A DNA stretch of 64,000 nt from Oikopleura dioica (lineage: Eukaryota; Animalia; Chordata), in NCBI GenBank assembly GCA_907165135.1, contig OU015567.1:5208001-5272000 (forward strand), written 5' to 3'. Shown piece by piece: positions 1-11,498 of this stretch. The notes beneath the pieces were generated by a model that saw only the letters and a program-made list of their open reading frames with translations, was not told the origin of the DNA and ran no database searches. The translations under genes and the position numbers were made by a program. Numbering within the stretch: the stretch's first letter is position 1; the number at the start of each line of letters is the position of its first letter.

Positions 1-112
1 TCCTCTAAGCTATCGATAGAGCCCATAAAAATGCCAAAAACCCCTTGAGGATCGAAAGATAATTTTTGTCCGGAGACCCGAATTATATTATATATTTGGA
101 AATTTGAAAGCC

Positions 113-2225
113 TTAACTTCCGGCATAGCGAATTTTCGACAATTGATACTCGTCGGTCCACTTGTCGGTCAATCCCACATAAAGGTCCTTGTTTAGGAAA
201 CTCGTAAGATCGTTGGTATTGTTTGCTTAATTGAAAAAAAAAATTTCAAAAAAAATTTTTTTTAAAAATTATTCGTACCTTCTTTTTCTTGTAAAGAAAT
301 AACTTCATCTTCACAAAAAGGCCTCGTTGTATATGCTTTGTTTCGCGATATAAGTCGGATGGTCGGCTTTGATTGTACTTCATTTCGATTATAATTCATC
401 ATGAGAGTATCTTCGCGGTGAAAGATGCTTTCTTTTTCTGTTGAGGTGAATTCATACGGCTAAGAAATTATTTTAGATCTGAGAAATTGCAGTTTTTATT
501 ACATTTATATCGATAAATTCGCCGTTGAAATCCACTAGTCGTTGAAATTTCAGATGATATGGAAGGTATATCGGAAGATGATACTTTTTTCGCTCTCACT
601 TCTTGGCTCCGCAACCTGTGTAGAAAACCTGAGTCGGGGTCTGAAAAGCCGCAAAAAGATTTTAAAGACCCTGACTCAGGTTTTCTTCACAGGATACTGA
701 GCTGAAAACTTGAGTCAGGGTCTGAAAACTCGCAAATAGATTTTGAGACCCTGAGTCAGGTTTTCTTCAATGGATACCGAGCTGAGAACCTGAGTCAGGG
801 TCTGAAATTCCGCAAAAAGATTTTGAGACCCTGACTCAGGTTTTCTGAACAGGAGGCCTAGCTCAGCTCGTTGTTGAGAGCGTTTTCCTGATCATAATAA
901 ATCGCTATTTCTTGAAAAAATTGAAGATCACTTCTATTTCTCGGAACAAAAATCTCCCCGAAAGAGCAATTGAAGCCCTGTTGAAGCCGAATATACGTTT
1001 CCATCTTTGCATCCAAAAATCTCCAGTTTTCATCGACCTCTCCAAACAACGGTCGAGGTTTGGTTTCATAAAAGTCGAGCGGCAAAGTTTTCGAAATGCA
1101 CAATGAAAAATACGGAGATTTGCTAGTGTTGATCGAATTATTTGTCCAGGAAGTATTTTACTTTTATCTGAAGCAAATTTTTAATCAAAAATCGATTGAC
1201 CGAAACAGCGTACCTTTTGAAGTCTCGAAGCAAAAAACTGGCTCGTTTTTCGTTTTGACAATTTTTCCGGTAAAAATCGTGCCCTCAAAATACTCCCTCG
1301 ACGCGTCCGGGAAAGAAAGAAACGGTTCTCCAGCGTTGTCAGGCATTCTTTGGTCGTACTGTCGGATGAGATATTCATTGTCGCCGATTTTGTCTACTGG
1401 ATTGTGGACAAAAACCACTGAAAACATTTCTAAGCGATTTTTCAAGCGAGTGTCTTACTTTCACCATTGAGAAGGTTGTCATTTGTTTCGTGAATCGAGG
1501 ATTCGATTGAATCATTTTTGATGAAAAACACATTTCCCTTGCACATTTCATCTTCAAGGTCGTATGTTAGCTCACCCTAGGAAAAGTTCGTTTTATTGCG
1601 AATAGAATCCATTTCTAGTAGTAGGGAGCTATCTTACCCCACCCTAGTGTTAGGGTGGTTCCTAGGGTTCTTTTACCCCCTAGGTTAGGCGTTAGGGTTA
1701 GGAACTAAGTTTTTAACTTTAGGGGGTCCCGGGGGGAGGGAGGGGGAGAGCGAAGCCCCAGGTAAGGGTTAGGTTAAAGGGAGAAGCTAAAAGTCTCTTT
1801 CTACTGTACCGAAATCTTACGAGTGCCCTAGGGGCCCTTACCTGATGGTCACCCCCATAGACCCCCTCTCCCTTAAAACGTCGCCGAGATATTGGATTGC
1901 ATGAATATTAGGCTCAAAATATAATTAATTAATATATTTAACCCTCGTTCTACATTCAGCTCATTTTTTACCAAAAGAAGGATGTTTCTCAAGTTTTCAA
2001 GTTCCGAATGCTTTTTCTTGCTCCAAAGTGAGTCTTTTGTCGCGGCGACGGCGTCCAGACCATTTGGCTGAGTTCCTCATCAGTCAACTTGTTTGGACTG
2101 GAGTCGGATAGAAGGTCGATGATATTATGCTCTTCCGCGTAGTAAAGCGTAAACAAAAGTACACAAAACAGGAGGACATTGACGACAGCTAATCTGATCC
2201 CCGTCTCTTTCGAAAAAAGATTCAT
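113..2225 (-). CDS. Multi-exon type II membrane protein, galactose-3-O-sulfotransferase (Gal3ST)-like with degenerate PAPS motifs
   Basis: N-terminal TM (LAVVNVLLFCVLLFTLYY). CKGNVFFIKNDSIESS resembles CxPxxxIxFLKTHKTASST and FSVVFVHNPVDK resembles YITILRDP. Further coding exons at about 1445-1185, 1103-860, 450-290 and 228-113. Family assignment is by motif resemblance only. Confidence 0.5.
605..853. repeat. Intronic cluster of three inverted pairs of the CCTGA(C/G)TCAGG repeat family
   Basis: Six copies of AAAACCTGA(G/C)TCAGGGTC in alternating orientation. Confidence 0.85.
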
Positions 2226-3390
2226 TATGTGAGGAGTCGGAAGAACGGAAACTACGCGAAAAATGAAGGAAGAAATCGAGCGGAAAAAAGATTATTATGA
2301 TTGCCAGGGCAGGAGCCAGAGAACTGCTCTTTTGAAGAAATATGAAAGAAGATGGAATTGTTTGAAGTGGAAGAAAACGAAGGAAGAAGTATCTGGTTCA
2401 TTTCCAAGTGCGCTAGAAGGGAAGAAATCCCGGGAGATATGGAAACTGGTCGGGCTCAATTAAAAACTTGTCAATAAGTTCCAGTAGAACGGATTTGCTC
2501 GAGACTATTTTTCATTAATCAAAAGCTGCCTGTCCTTGAGCAACCCTCCCCCTGACGACTTACACGCTCACTTACTAGTAGCGCTTGCAAAGAGATTTTT
2601 ATCAGTGACAGTATGCTTTCGCTGCTTTGAAGATGAGCTGCTACTTGCTAAAGATCAGAAAAGGCATTTTGAATAATTGAGAGAATTGATGATGAGTCGA
2701 GAAAGATGTTTGCTTTGAATTAATTAACTAATTTCATTTTCATTTCATTTTAATCTCAAAAATCGTTTTTATCAGATTTTATTTTATTTTAACGACTTTT
2801 TTTCTATTTAAATTAAGGAGGTAGACATCTTAAATCGTGATTTTCTCGCTGATTTTTCTCCGAGAATTAATATATTGACACCCTTATTTTATTTTTTCTA
2901 TGGAAACTTTCAACCCTTATTTAGAAACTGTGGAAAGCAAATTGTGATTAGAGATGTCTACACCCTTAAAATAATTGCTTTGCTTAATCCCCAAAGGGTC
3001 GTTGTCTCCCTGAAAAAAAAATTGCCCACAAAGTTATAAATTCTCCTTCCCCCTCCCTCTTTCTTCATTCCCCCTTCTTTAAGCGCTGAATTGTACTGTC
3101 ATGAAATGTACAAGCTCTGACAGTTTCTCCCAGCGTTTCAATTCCCCCTCTTTTTTGTTGCACTGTGTGTCAGTTATTTATTTTTCATTTGCAGCGGCAG
3201 TCTGAGAAGAGTTGAAAAAGAAACAAGTTTAATCTTTAGATCACAAATTATAAAAAGAACGAGAGACACGAGAAAAAAAAACAGACGACTCTTGAGATCC
3301 AGAAATGAAAATATGAGATGATGGGTGGATGCTTTAGCAGAAAACAAAGGTAAGAAAAAAAGAGACGAATGAATACAGTAGTTATGCAAG

Positions 3391-3924
3391 GAATCGGAAA
3401 CCTGTGTGGCAAACCTGACTCAGGGACCCTGGAATCGAAATCCTGTGATAAAAACCTGACTCAGAAACCCTTAGTCAAATCCTACGTGGAAAACCTGACT
3501 CAGGAACTCTCAAATCGAAAACCTGCGTAGAAAACCTGACTCACGGACCCTGAGTCAAATCCCGTGTGGAAAACCTGACTCAGGGACTCTGGAATCGAAA
3601 TCCTGCGTGGCAAACCTGATTCAGGGACCCTGAGTCAAATTCTTCGTGAAAAATCTGACTCAGGGACTCTGAAATCGAAATTCTGTGTGGAAAACCTGAC
3701 TCACGGACCCTGAGTCAAATCCTGCGTGGAAAATTCCTGACTCAGGGACCCTGGAATCGAAATCCTGTGTGGAAAGCCTGACTCAGGGACTCTGAAATCG
3801 AAATCCTGTGTGGAAAACCTGACTCAGGGACCCTGGAATCGAAATCTTGCGTGGAAAACCTGAGTCAGGGTCCTGAAAGCGCTTGAAAGCTCGTTCAGCA
3901 TCCTGACTCAGGTTTTTTACACAG
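3391..3924. repeat. Tandem array (~39/41-bp units, ~13 copies) of the CCTGACTCAGG element arm
   Basis: Units like GAAAACCTGACTCAGGGACCCTGGAATCGAAATCCTGTGTG, ending in an inverted pair. Confidence 0.9.
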
Positions 3925-5375
3925 TAAGACATGCATTCCACTATGAAATTTCAAAGCCCCTTATTCTCCTTATTATGATATTGGACTACCAACTGTAGTC
4001 TAAAATGAGAAGAAGAAACAAAAGTTGTCAGATTTAAACCTTATTTAGGCAGAATTACTCGTTTGCGCAGGCGATAAGCGTGCCAATAGCTGCTGTTCAA
4101 CAGGTAATTACTTTCAAATACAGTTGCATCCCATGACTGTATTTAGATGAATTTGACGCTGGTCGATACAAGCAGGCACTCATACGCGGATTACGAGGAC
4201 TACGACAGCGACTACAGCGATCAGATGAATCATGATGATATCATGCAAGTGGTCCTTAATTTCCTTCTTTCAAAATATCAAGTTACTTTTGGCATAATAA
4301 GGATCATCGCTAAGAATGATGGAGGAGATGGATGCTTGTATGGATATGTACGGCTAAAATTGATGTTCTTCTTCTTGATTCTGAATAAAAATTGTAAGAA
4401 ATAGGCTTTTTATTTATTATTTCATCAGAAAGAAGTTTCAGTATTTTAAAAACAGCAGATAACGATTTTTCATTTTATAAAAATAAGGTATAAATGAAAC
4501 GGATAATATGTTGATTCAAATCATAAAAAAAACAGATTTTTATCAAATCTGAAAAATTACATAATAATATTTTTGATGATGTTTGTTCATTTTACGAAAA
4601 AAATAATCCAAAGCTTTTACCCATAACCTGCCTTGTAGACGTATTTCTGATTTTTCATTTTATATTTTCACAAGTAGCCGTTCCCGGCCTATATACAGTC
4701 TCCTGCAGCTGGAATTGTTCTGCTTGAGGGCGATAAGAAAGCCAGATTAATTAAGAACATCTTGCCAAAGAAAAAAGCTGAATTCCGACCTCTCAGCCAT
4801 TTATGAAGTTCGCCGCAGGGACAAATACTAAAATAGCAATTTCACAGAGAAAGAAGACTGTAAAATCAAGCAGAAAAGCCGAAATCAAGAAAATTTTCGT
4901 CAATTTCTAAGACCATAAAACAATCATTTTTCGGATTTTTATGAATTATTATAATTTTCACGAGTCAGCTACGATAATGATCGCATTCGTTACTGTACTT
5001 GAATTACTGTAATTTAAGTGAGGAACATGACGAAGTTCAGTCATTTCACTGATGTGTGCGAATTGTATTTTTTGGAGCCCAGAATTGGGCCGTATTCTCG
5101 AACTTTTATCAAAAAAGAAGGTTGAGCCCTCCATCTTCTTACAAATTTCAACCCTAATTGAAATCAAGAAAATTTCCGAAATCTCAGAGACCATAAGACT
5201 ATCATTTATTCGAACATTTTAGTTTATTTAATATTTTCATCAAGTAGCACGGTGGTGATCGCTGTTGAGTAATTTGACTAAGTTGAATTTTAGTAAAGTC
5301 AATTTTTGGAGCCCAAAACTGGGCCGTATTCTTGAAACCAAAACTTGAATGAAAACTTTGACGCGTTTTTTTTAA

Positions 5376-5945
5376 GGTTGGGCAAGTTATTTCACCCACT
5401 TCCTCCTTTTGAAACCCAGAACACCATACATATTTTGAATAAGTGGAGAAAATCTAGAAACTTGACGGTTTTAGTTTTTCGAAATTCACTTCCGGTTACG
5501 ATTCTAGAGCCGGAAATGCATGAAATTTATAAGAAAAGCATGCATATGACCTATCAAATTGAAGCTTACAACAGGTCAAGTCATTGAGGATCGAAACCGA
5601 ATCCAACCGTCGTCAAAAACCGCCGGTAAACAACCGGTAAAAATTGAAAAAATTCTCGCTAAATCATGCTTTTTCATAGTTTTACCGGTCAGTTTAACCG
5701 CGGTTGGTACTGTTTTTCTAATTAATTGATGATGAGATGACTGAGAATCTTCTGCGCATCAATATGATAGGTCACACTTTACCCTTACTCCAAAATTTCG
5801 CCTACTTCCGGCTCTAGAATCGCAACCGGAGGTGATTTTCGAAAAACTAAAACCGTCAAGTTTCTAGATTTTCTCCACTGATTCCAAATATGTATGGTGT
5901 TCTGGGTTTCAAAAGGAGGAAGTGGGTGAAATAACTTGCCCAACC
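5376..5945. mobile_element. MITE with ~140-bp TIRs flanked by TTAA (Kolobok-like ends)
   Basis: TTAA|GGTTGGGCAAGTTATTTCACCCAC ... GTGGGTGAAATAACTTGCCCAACC|TTAA. The inverted similarity may extend to 5360/5961. Confidence 0.8.
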
Positions 5946-6056
5946 TTAAAAATAGCGCGTCTTTCTGTCCGAAAAAATTTCTACAGAAAAATGAAACTAG
6001 AAATGATTTTATTGAAGCATGCAAAAGAAAATAAAGAAGAAATGGAAAGGGTTGAT

Positions 6057-7181
6057 TTACGCGATGATAAGGGGCTGCTTCTCAGTCTTATCAGCAACTT
6101 CAGCAGAAATAAGAAGAGCTCTTCGTCGGCGGCGGGCTCGGAAGAGTCGGACGAGCACGAAAAAGATTCCAAATCCGAATCCGATCGACATAGCCGCCAT
6201 GATCATGCATCGAACGATTTTCTTAAAAGTGATGTCATTTTCAAAAATTTCGCTGAAAACTCACGTGATGTCGTCGGCGCTGGTACTTGAATTTTTGAAT
6301 CGCTTCTTCTTGCTCCATTTTTGCTTGAATTTCGATTTCCTCTTCCTCCGGCTTTATGTCCTTCTCCTTCTCGCAGTCCTCTTTCGCATGGGGAGCATAA
6401 ACCGGCTTCCATTCAGGCTTAGCCCCTTGAACGGGAAATTGAGGGCTGAAGCCGGGGAAAAACCCTCCCTTCGGTGGGCGATTCCAATCTCCATGATGCT
6501 CGTAGTTCTTCCAAGGGAAAGCGTTCCCGTCGACTTTTTTGCGCATCCAATCGTGTGGGATGCCCATGTTTCCATTGAAAACAGGCGGGGTTTCGTCAAC
6601 AGCGGAATTGACGGTGATGATGAGTGCAGCATCGTCGCTGTCGTCGAAGATGTTGGACATTGTTTTCTTAAAAATGATAGAATAGGTAACTGGAAAGAGC
6701 GAAATACTTTGATCATGTCTTTTACTGCTCCAGGAAGACCAAATCCGTCTAGAATTGATGACTCCGAGGACTCATCGAGGAGCCAGGCGTCATCGACAAT
6801 TTCAGGACCTGTTGTGGTCGTTGTTGTTGTCGTTGTTGACTCCTCAGTTGTTGTTGGAAACTCGGTCGTATCGTAGACAATATCATATTCGGACTGATCA
6901 TTTTGCTCGTTCCAGATTCTCTCGTCCATAGGATCAATAGCAGCGCCTACAATTGGGCTCGCCAAGCTGCGTTCAAACCTGAGTCAGGGTTATACACAGG
7001 TTAACGAGCCCAGTCCTGCAGGAACATAATTCCATGGCTCCTCATCCCTTTTCTCGACCGAGAAATCACTTCGATAGTCACGGAAAAAAGGCTCTTTTTC
7101 TTTGATAAAAGCAGGTTCTATCGGTCTAGCATTCTGAGCAAAAGCAGAAGGGAGAAGAAGAATCGAAGCGAGATCTCTCAT
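6057..7181 (-). CDS. Hypothetical type I membrane protein (signal peptide, Thr-rich stalk, C-terminal TM)
   Basis: MRDLASILLLPSAFA signal and poly-Thr. Last exon KIVRCMIMAAMSIGFGFGIFFVLVRLFRARRRRR lies after a GTGAGT...AG intron. Confidence 0.7.
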
Positions 7182-7756
7182 TTTTGAAAATGATGGAAAA
7201 GAAAGAGAGATTCTGGAGGAAAAGAGCACTTGATGAGTTGGGGGATTAAAAATGACATTTTACGAAAGAGAACGGGGCATGTACGGACCGGTTCGAAAAA
7301 GACGTAAATAACGTTTTTTCGCTTAGAAGGACTTTTCGCTTAGAAAGATTTTCGGGGATTTTCCAAACATGAGATTTAACGATAATGAGTCGCCAATGAT
7401 GAATCATCATTTTAAAATTTCGAGAATTTCTAGAAAAAAATCTAGAAATAAAACTCGGAATGATGACTCATCAATAATGAGTCATTATCGTGAAAACTCA
7501 TGTTTGAAAGAGCCCCGAAAACCCTTTACGGCTCGAAAAGTACAGCGGAGCAGAATTGAGTGGCTTCAGTTCAAACCGAGCGCCCAATTAGCTTTTTTGA
7601 TGAGTCACCCGCGAGAATCGCGCTCGGCATTTTCACTCTCCGCGCGACTACTAGCGAAACTTTTATCGTTTTCCGACTCGAAACAGCTCCCGGGAAGTGA
7701 AATCTGCAAGAGATCGTAGCGAAAAAGTAGCAAAGCGAAGCGAAGAAAGAGAAAAC

Positions 7757-9553
7757 ATGACAAGCGGCGCTGGGGACGGCTCAGAGGATGGCTCCGAAAA
7801 AAATGTGAAAAAAGAAAACGTCGATTCGGCGAAATTAGCCGCGGAGGTGAGAGATGACTATTTTAGCCGAAAAGGCTTTAGTCAACTTGTCAGTTTATCG
7901 AGCGTCGCTTTCGGAAATCTTCGAATTCAAAGGAATTTTATTAGAAATTCCTGAAATTCCTTAGAAAATTTCAACTAAAAATCGAATTTACAGTCAACTT
8001 TGTCGATAAAGGTTCAATGAAAGAGCACAAGATAGTCGATTCATGAATTTGACAACATAATGCATCGGCATGGCCCAGAAACCTGCGTAAAAACCTGAGT
8101 CAGGGTCCTGAAACTCGATTTTTTACACTCAGGTTCCTAAGCGTAGGTCAAAAATGCGTCAAGAATATCAAATTTATGATTTGACTATCTTGGGCTGTAT
8201 TTCTGCAGCTTTATCAACAATATAGGACCCAGAAAGAAAAACCCCTCTACTATTCTCCATTTCAGGATGCGATGGGCCAAGATGACGAGGGCGTGTGGTC
8301 TCCAGACATCGAAACAGCTTTCAAAGAAGCGATGGAAATCTACCCCCCTTGTGGTCGCCGAAAAATCATTCTTCCGGACGAAGGAAAAATGTACGGACGA
8401 AACGAAATGATCGCCCGCTACATTTTGATCAAAACCGGAAAGAAGCGGACGCGAAAGCAGGTTTCTTCGCACATCCAAGTTCTCGCCCGAAGAATGGACC
8501 GGGAAAAAGGACCGCCAAGTGGCCCGAATCAAAGTACCGCAACGAACGGAAATTCGACCCGGCCGTCGTTGGCGAATTCAGCTCAAAAATTGGACGTTTT
8601 GAGACTCGTTCCAGCTTCGACTTACAGAGTCAAAGGAGATGATTCGAAAGAACTGAGGATGTGCGATTTTGAAATTTCAGCGACGCAATCGAGTTTTGGT
8701 TCGGTTTCAGATGATGGTAGCGAAACTCAGGTACTTTTTTCTGTTTGAAAATGATCGAAAACCTTAAATTTGGTGAAGAACCTTAAATTGAAGGTGAGAG
8801 CCTTATTCTGATATCTTATTAGGTGCAGAAGCATGTCTTTCTATCCGTTCCCGAATCAGCAATGCGGCCGAGTTCTGTAGAAGACCTGTCGATTGGAACC
8901 ATTCTCCCAGATTTTCACAACTCCAAGGTATCACTATCTCACTTCTCCCTTTCTCCTAATATCAACCAAAAGGATGGGGAAACGAGCCTAGCCCATCTGT
9001 ACGAAAAGTCGAACCACAAGGAAAACTTCTATCTTTTGAAACTCTGGGCCGATGCCGACTTCGTGCTGGACCCGACGATGGATCAAAAGTACGAGCTCAA
9101 CGCCAAATTTCAAATCGACCAAAAACGACCGCTCGAAGTTACGACCCAAGTTTACAGCTTTTCGAAGGAAGCTATGAGGAAAGAACAGGTAAAAAAACTT
9201 AAGGGAGACACCCCCTTAATTTCGTTATTTTTCAGAGTCCGACTTGTTTCGAAGAAAACGGCAGGACGTTCTTTGAACTGAATTGGGAATTCTGCGAGTA
9301 TGGAAAAGGCTTCATCGAGCGGCTCCTCCAACTTTCGCCGAATAAAGATAAGATGAATGTGGTGCTCCAGCACTTCGCCATGCTAACTGTGAGTTGACTG
9401 AAGATTGAAAAGGGTTGATAGTGTTTTTAGTACGTGAATGATTCGACGACGGGTGAAATCTTGATCGTTCTAGCGCAGATGTTCGAAGTTTCAAGGGACG
9501 AAGGACATGGCCAAAACGTCTATCACCTTATTCCAACGGTAATTACTAAATAA
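7757..9553 (+). CDS. TEAD: TEA-domain transcription factor (TEAD/scalloped)
   Basis: TEA domain [47 protein letters not shown]...[16 protein letters not shown]. The YAP-binding domain keeps the CEY palmitoylation Cys. GT-AG introns. Confidence 0.97.
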
Positions 9554-10658
9554 CAGAGGTGATCACCTTAATTTCTGAAAAAAGGCTCTAAATTGTCGAT
9601 GAAATGTCCAAAATGCACCTGAATTGATTATTATCTCGAAAATCGAACAATTTAGGAACTCTTCCCCTAATTTTACCGACAATTAAGGGTATCCCTGTTT
9701 ATATTTTTCAATCAATCAAAATTTCAGCCCGTCTGAGGAGCCCAAAAAAAAAAAGAAATTCCAGCGTCGCAAACACCGCCAAAATCCAACAACAAAAAAG
9801 ACACCACCGAAAGCATTTTCTCCAACTTTTTATCTGACAGTTTATTCAATTCGAAATTTCAAATTTTGAAAAACTCATCTTCTATCTTCCTTTTTTTCTT
9901 TGCAAATGTAAATTTATTTCAACTTTTTTTATTATTTCTCTTTTCTTATTTATCTATTCTTGTGCCTTTCTATCCGTAATGCCTTTATTTAATAATAATA
10001 ATAATAATATTAATTTTGCTAAAAAGGGGCTTCCCTTATTTGAATTTTAAATTCTAGTTCCAAGAAAATCCGTAGTTCAAGGATTAAAATTTTTATTACA
10101 CTCGCTTCCAGAATGAAATATATTCAAGGTGAATATATTTAAAAATCTTCCTGTACCAATTTATATTCTGAAATGAATCAATTCAATAAAAATAATAACT
10201 CTTATTCAAAATTTATGATTTTGCATATTCAAAAAGGCAAGAGAATAAAGTTGCAGGGCAAATAAATATAAGAGTGACTCCCTTATTATGAGTAAAATAA
10301 GAGTGCCCCTTTTTGACTCAAATTTACGATGATAAAATAACTTTAAATTAAGGGGGTACCCACGATAAGTGCAAACCCTAGAAATAAGTATTCTGACACC
10401 CTTATTTCTCGCTCGATAAAAGAAGAAATAAGGATGTCACTATGATAATTTCAAGAATTTACAATTAGCACGTCCACCCCCTTAATAAAGCTGTTACGTA
10501 ACTTTGTAAGTTTGAGTCGAAAAAAAGATGATAATGATGACTCATCGGCGATGAGTCATCGCCTTTCCGAGGCGAGAAAGGGAAAATGAAGCAGTCTTTC
10601 ATATTGACTCAAAATAAATATTTCGCGTCGAAGAAAATAGAATTGCGGCGTCAGTATC

Positions 10659-10848
10659 GGCCAATCACCGGCGCCGGCCAATCAGAAGAGCGCGTCAAAA
10701 AGTGACGAATTCGGTTTTCGACTTTTTCCCAGAGACTCGGAAAACTTCACGCTCAAGGTAAAAATGCTTTTCGCGTAAAATTGGGTAAAACTGAGTTTTC
10801 GGGAGTGAAAAAATGCGCCCTTCTCATTGGCCGGGGCATTTATTGGCT
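10659..10848. promoter_or_regulatory. CCAAT-box cluster upstream of CNOT4
   Basis: GGCCAATCA twice (10659-10686) and ATTGG twice (10825-10847). Confidence 0.4.
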
Positions 10849-11498
10849 GTAGATAAACTTTTCCAACTTGGCGAGAAATTTTCTATTGAAAGAAAAAAAG
10901 GGATGACGGAGTCGCAAATGAAAAAAAAAACGCTGAAGAGAAAATTTCCAGTCAAAAAATTTATCTTTTTTTCGATCAACTCAAATTTGGCTTTACGCCA
11001 AGAAAGTGGAGAAAAAGTTCTTGATAAACTTTTTTCGACCTTTAAAATTTGATCATCAAATTTCGCGAGAAACAGGGTTTTCAAATCGATTCGGATCCCT
11101 TTTTTTTCTTTTCTTGTTTTCAGACTTTTATTTATTATTAACGCAAAACAAACCGCTTTTATCGCGACTCGTGATGCAGGATTTATTATTTTGGAGTTGA
11201 TTCTTGATCGCTTTATGATAAAAAAGCTTCGATACCTGTAACTCTAGAATAAGGGCCTTCTTCGTATTGACACTTTTTCATTTTCTTTTAATTCAGATAA
11301 AATTGTATCATTTTTTCCGTTTTTTTGTGAAAAAAATAAAAATTTAATTTAAAAAATTGTCCTTTTTAGATTACAGAAAAGCTGCGTGAGCTCAAAAATT
11401 AACTGAAATAAACAGCGCAGAATTCTCAATTGAATTCGAATCGTCGAGAAAAAAACCTTTTCTTGAAAAAGCAAAAAGAAGCGAAAAACGAAAAAAAC

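Noticed and set aside
4060-4830. Possible gene around the DY-rich ORF 4147-4404
   Set aside because: No consistent exon chain or recognisable domain could be built, so it is left unresolved.
6019-6876. 285-aa plus-strand ORF
   Set aside because: It is the antisense shadow of the minus-strand membrane protein gene.
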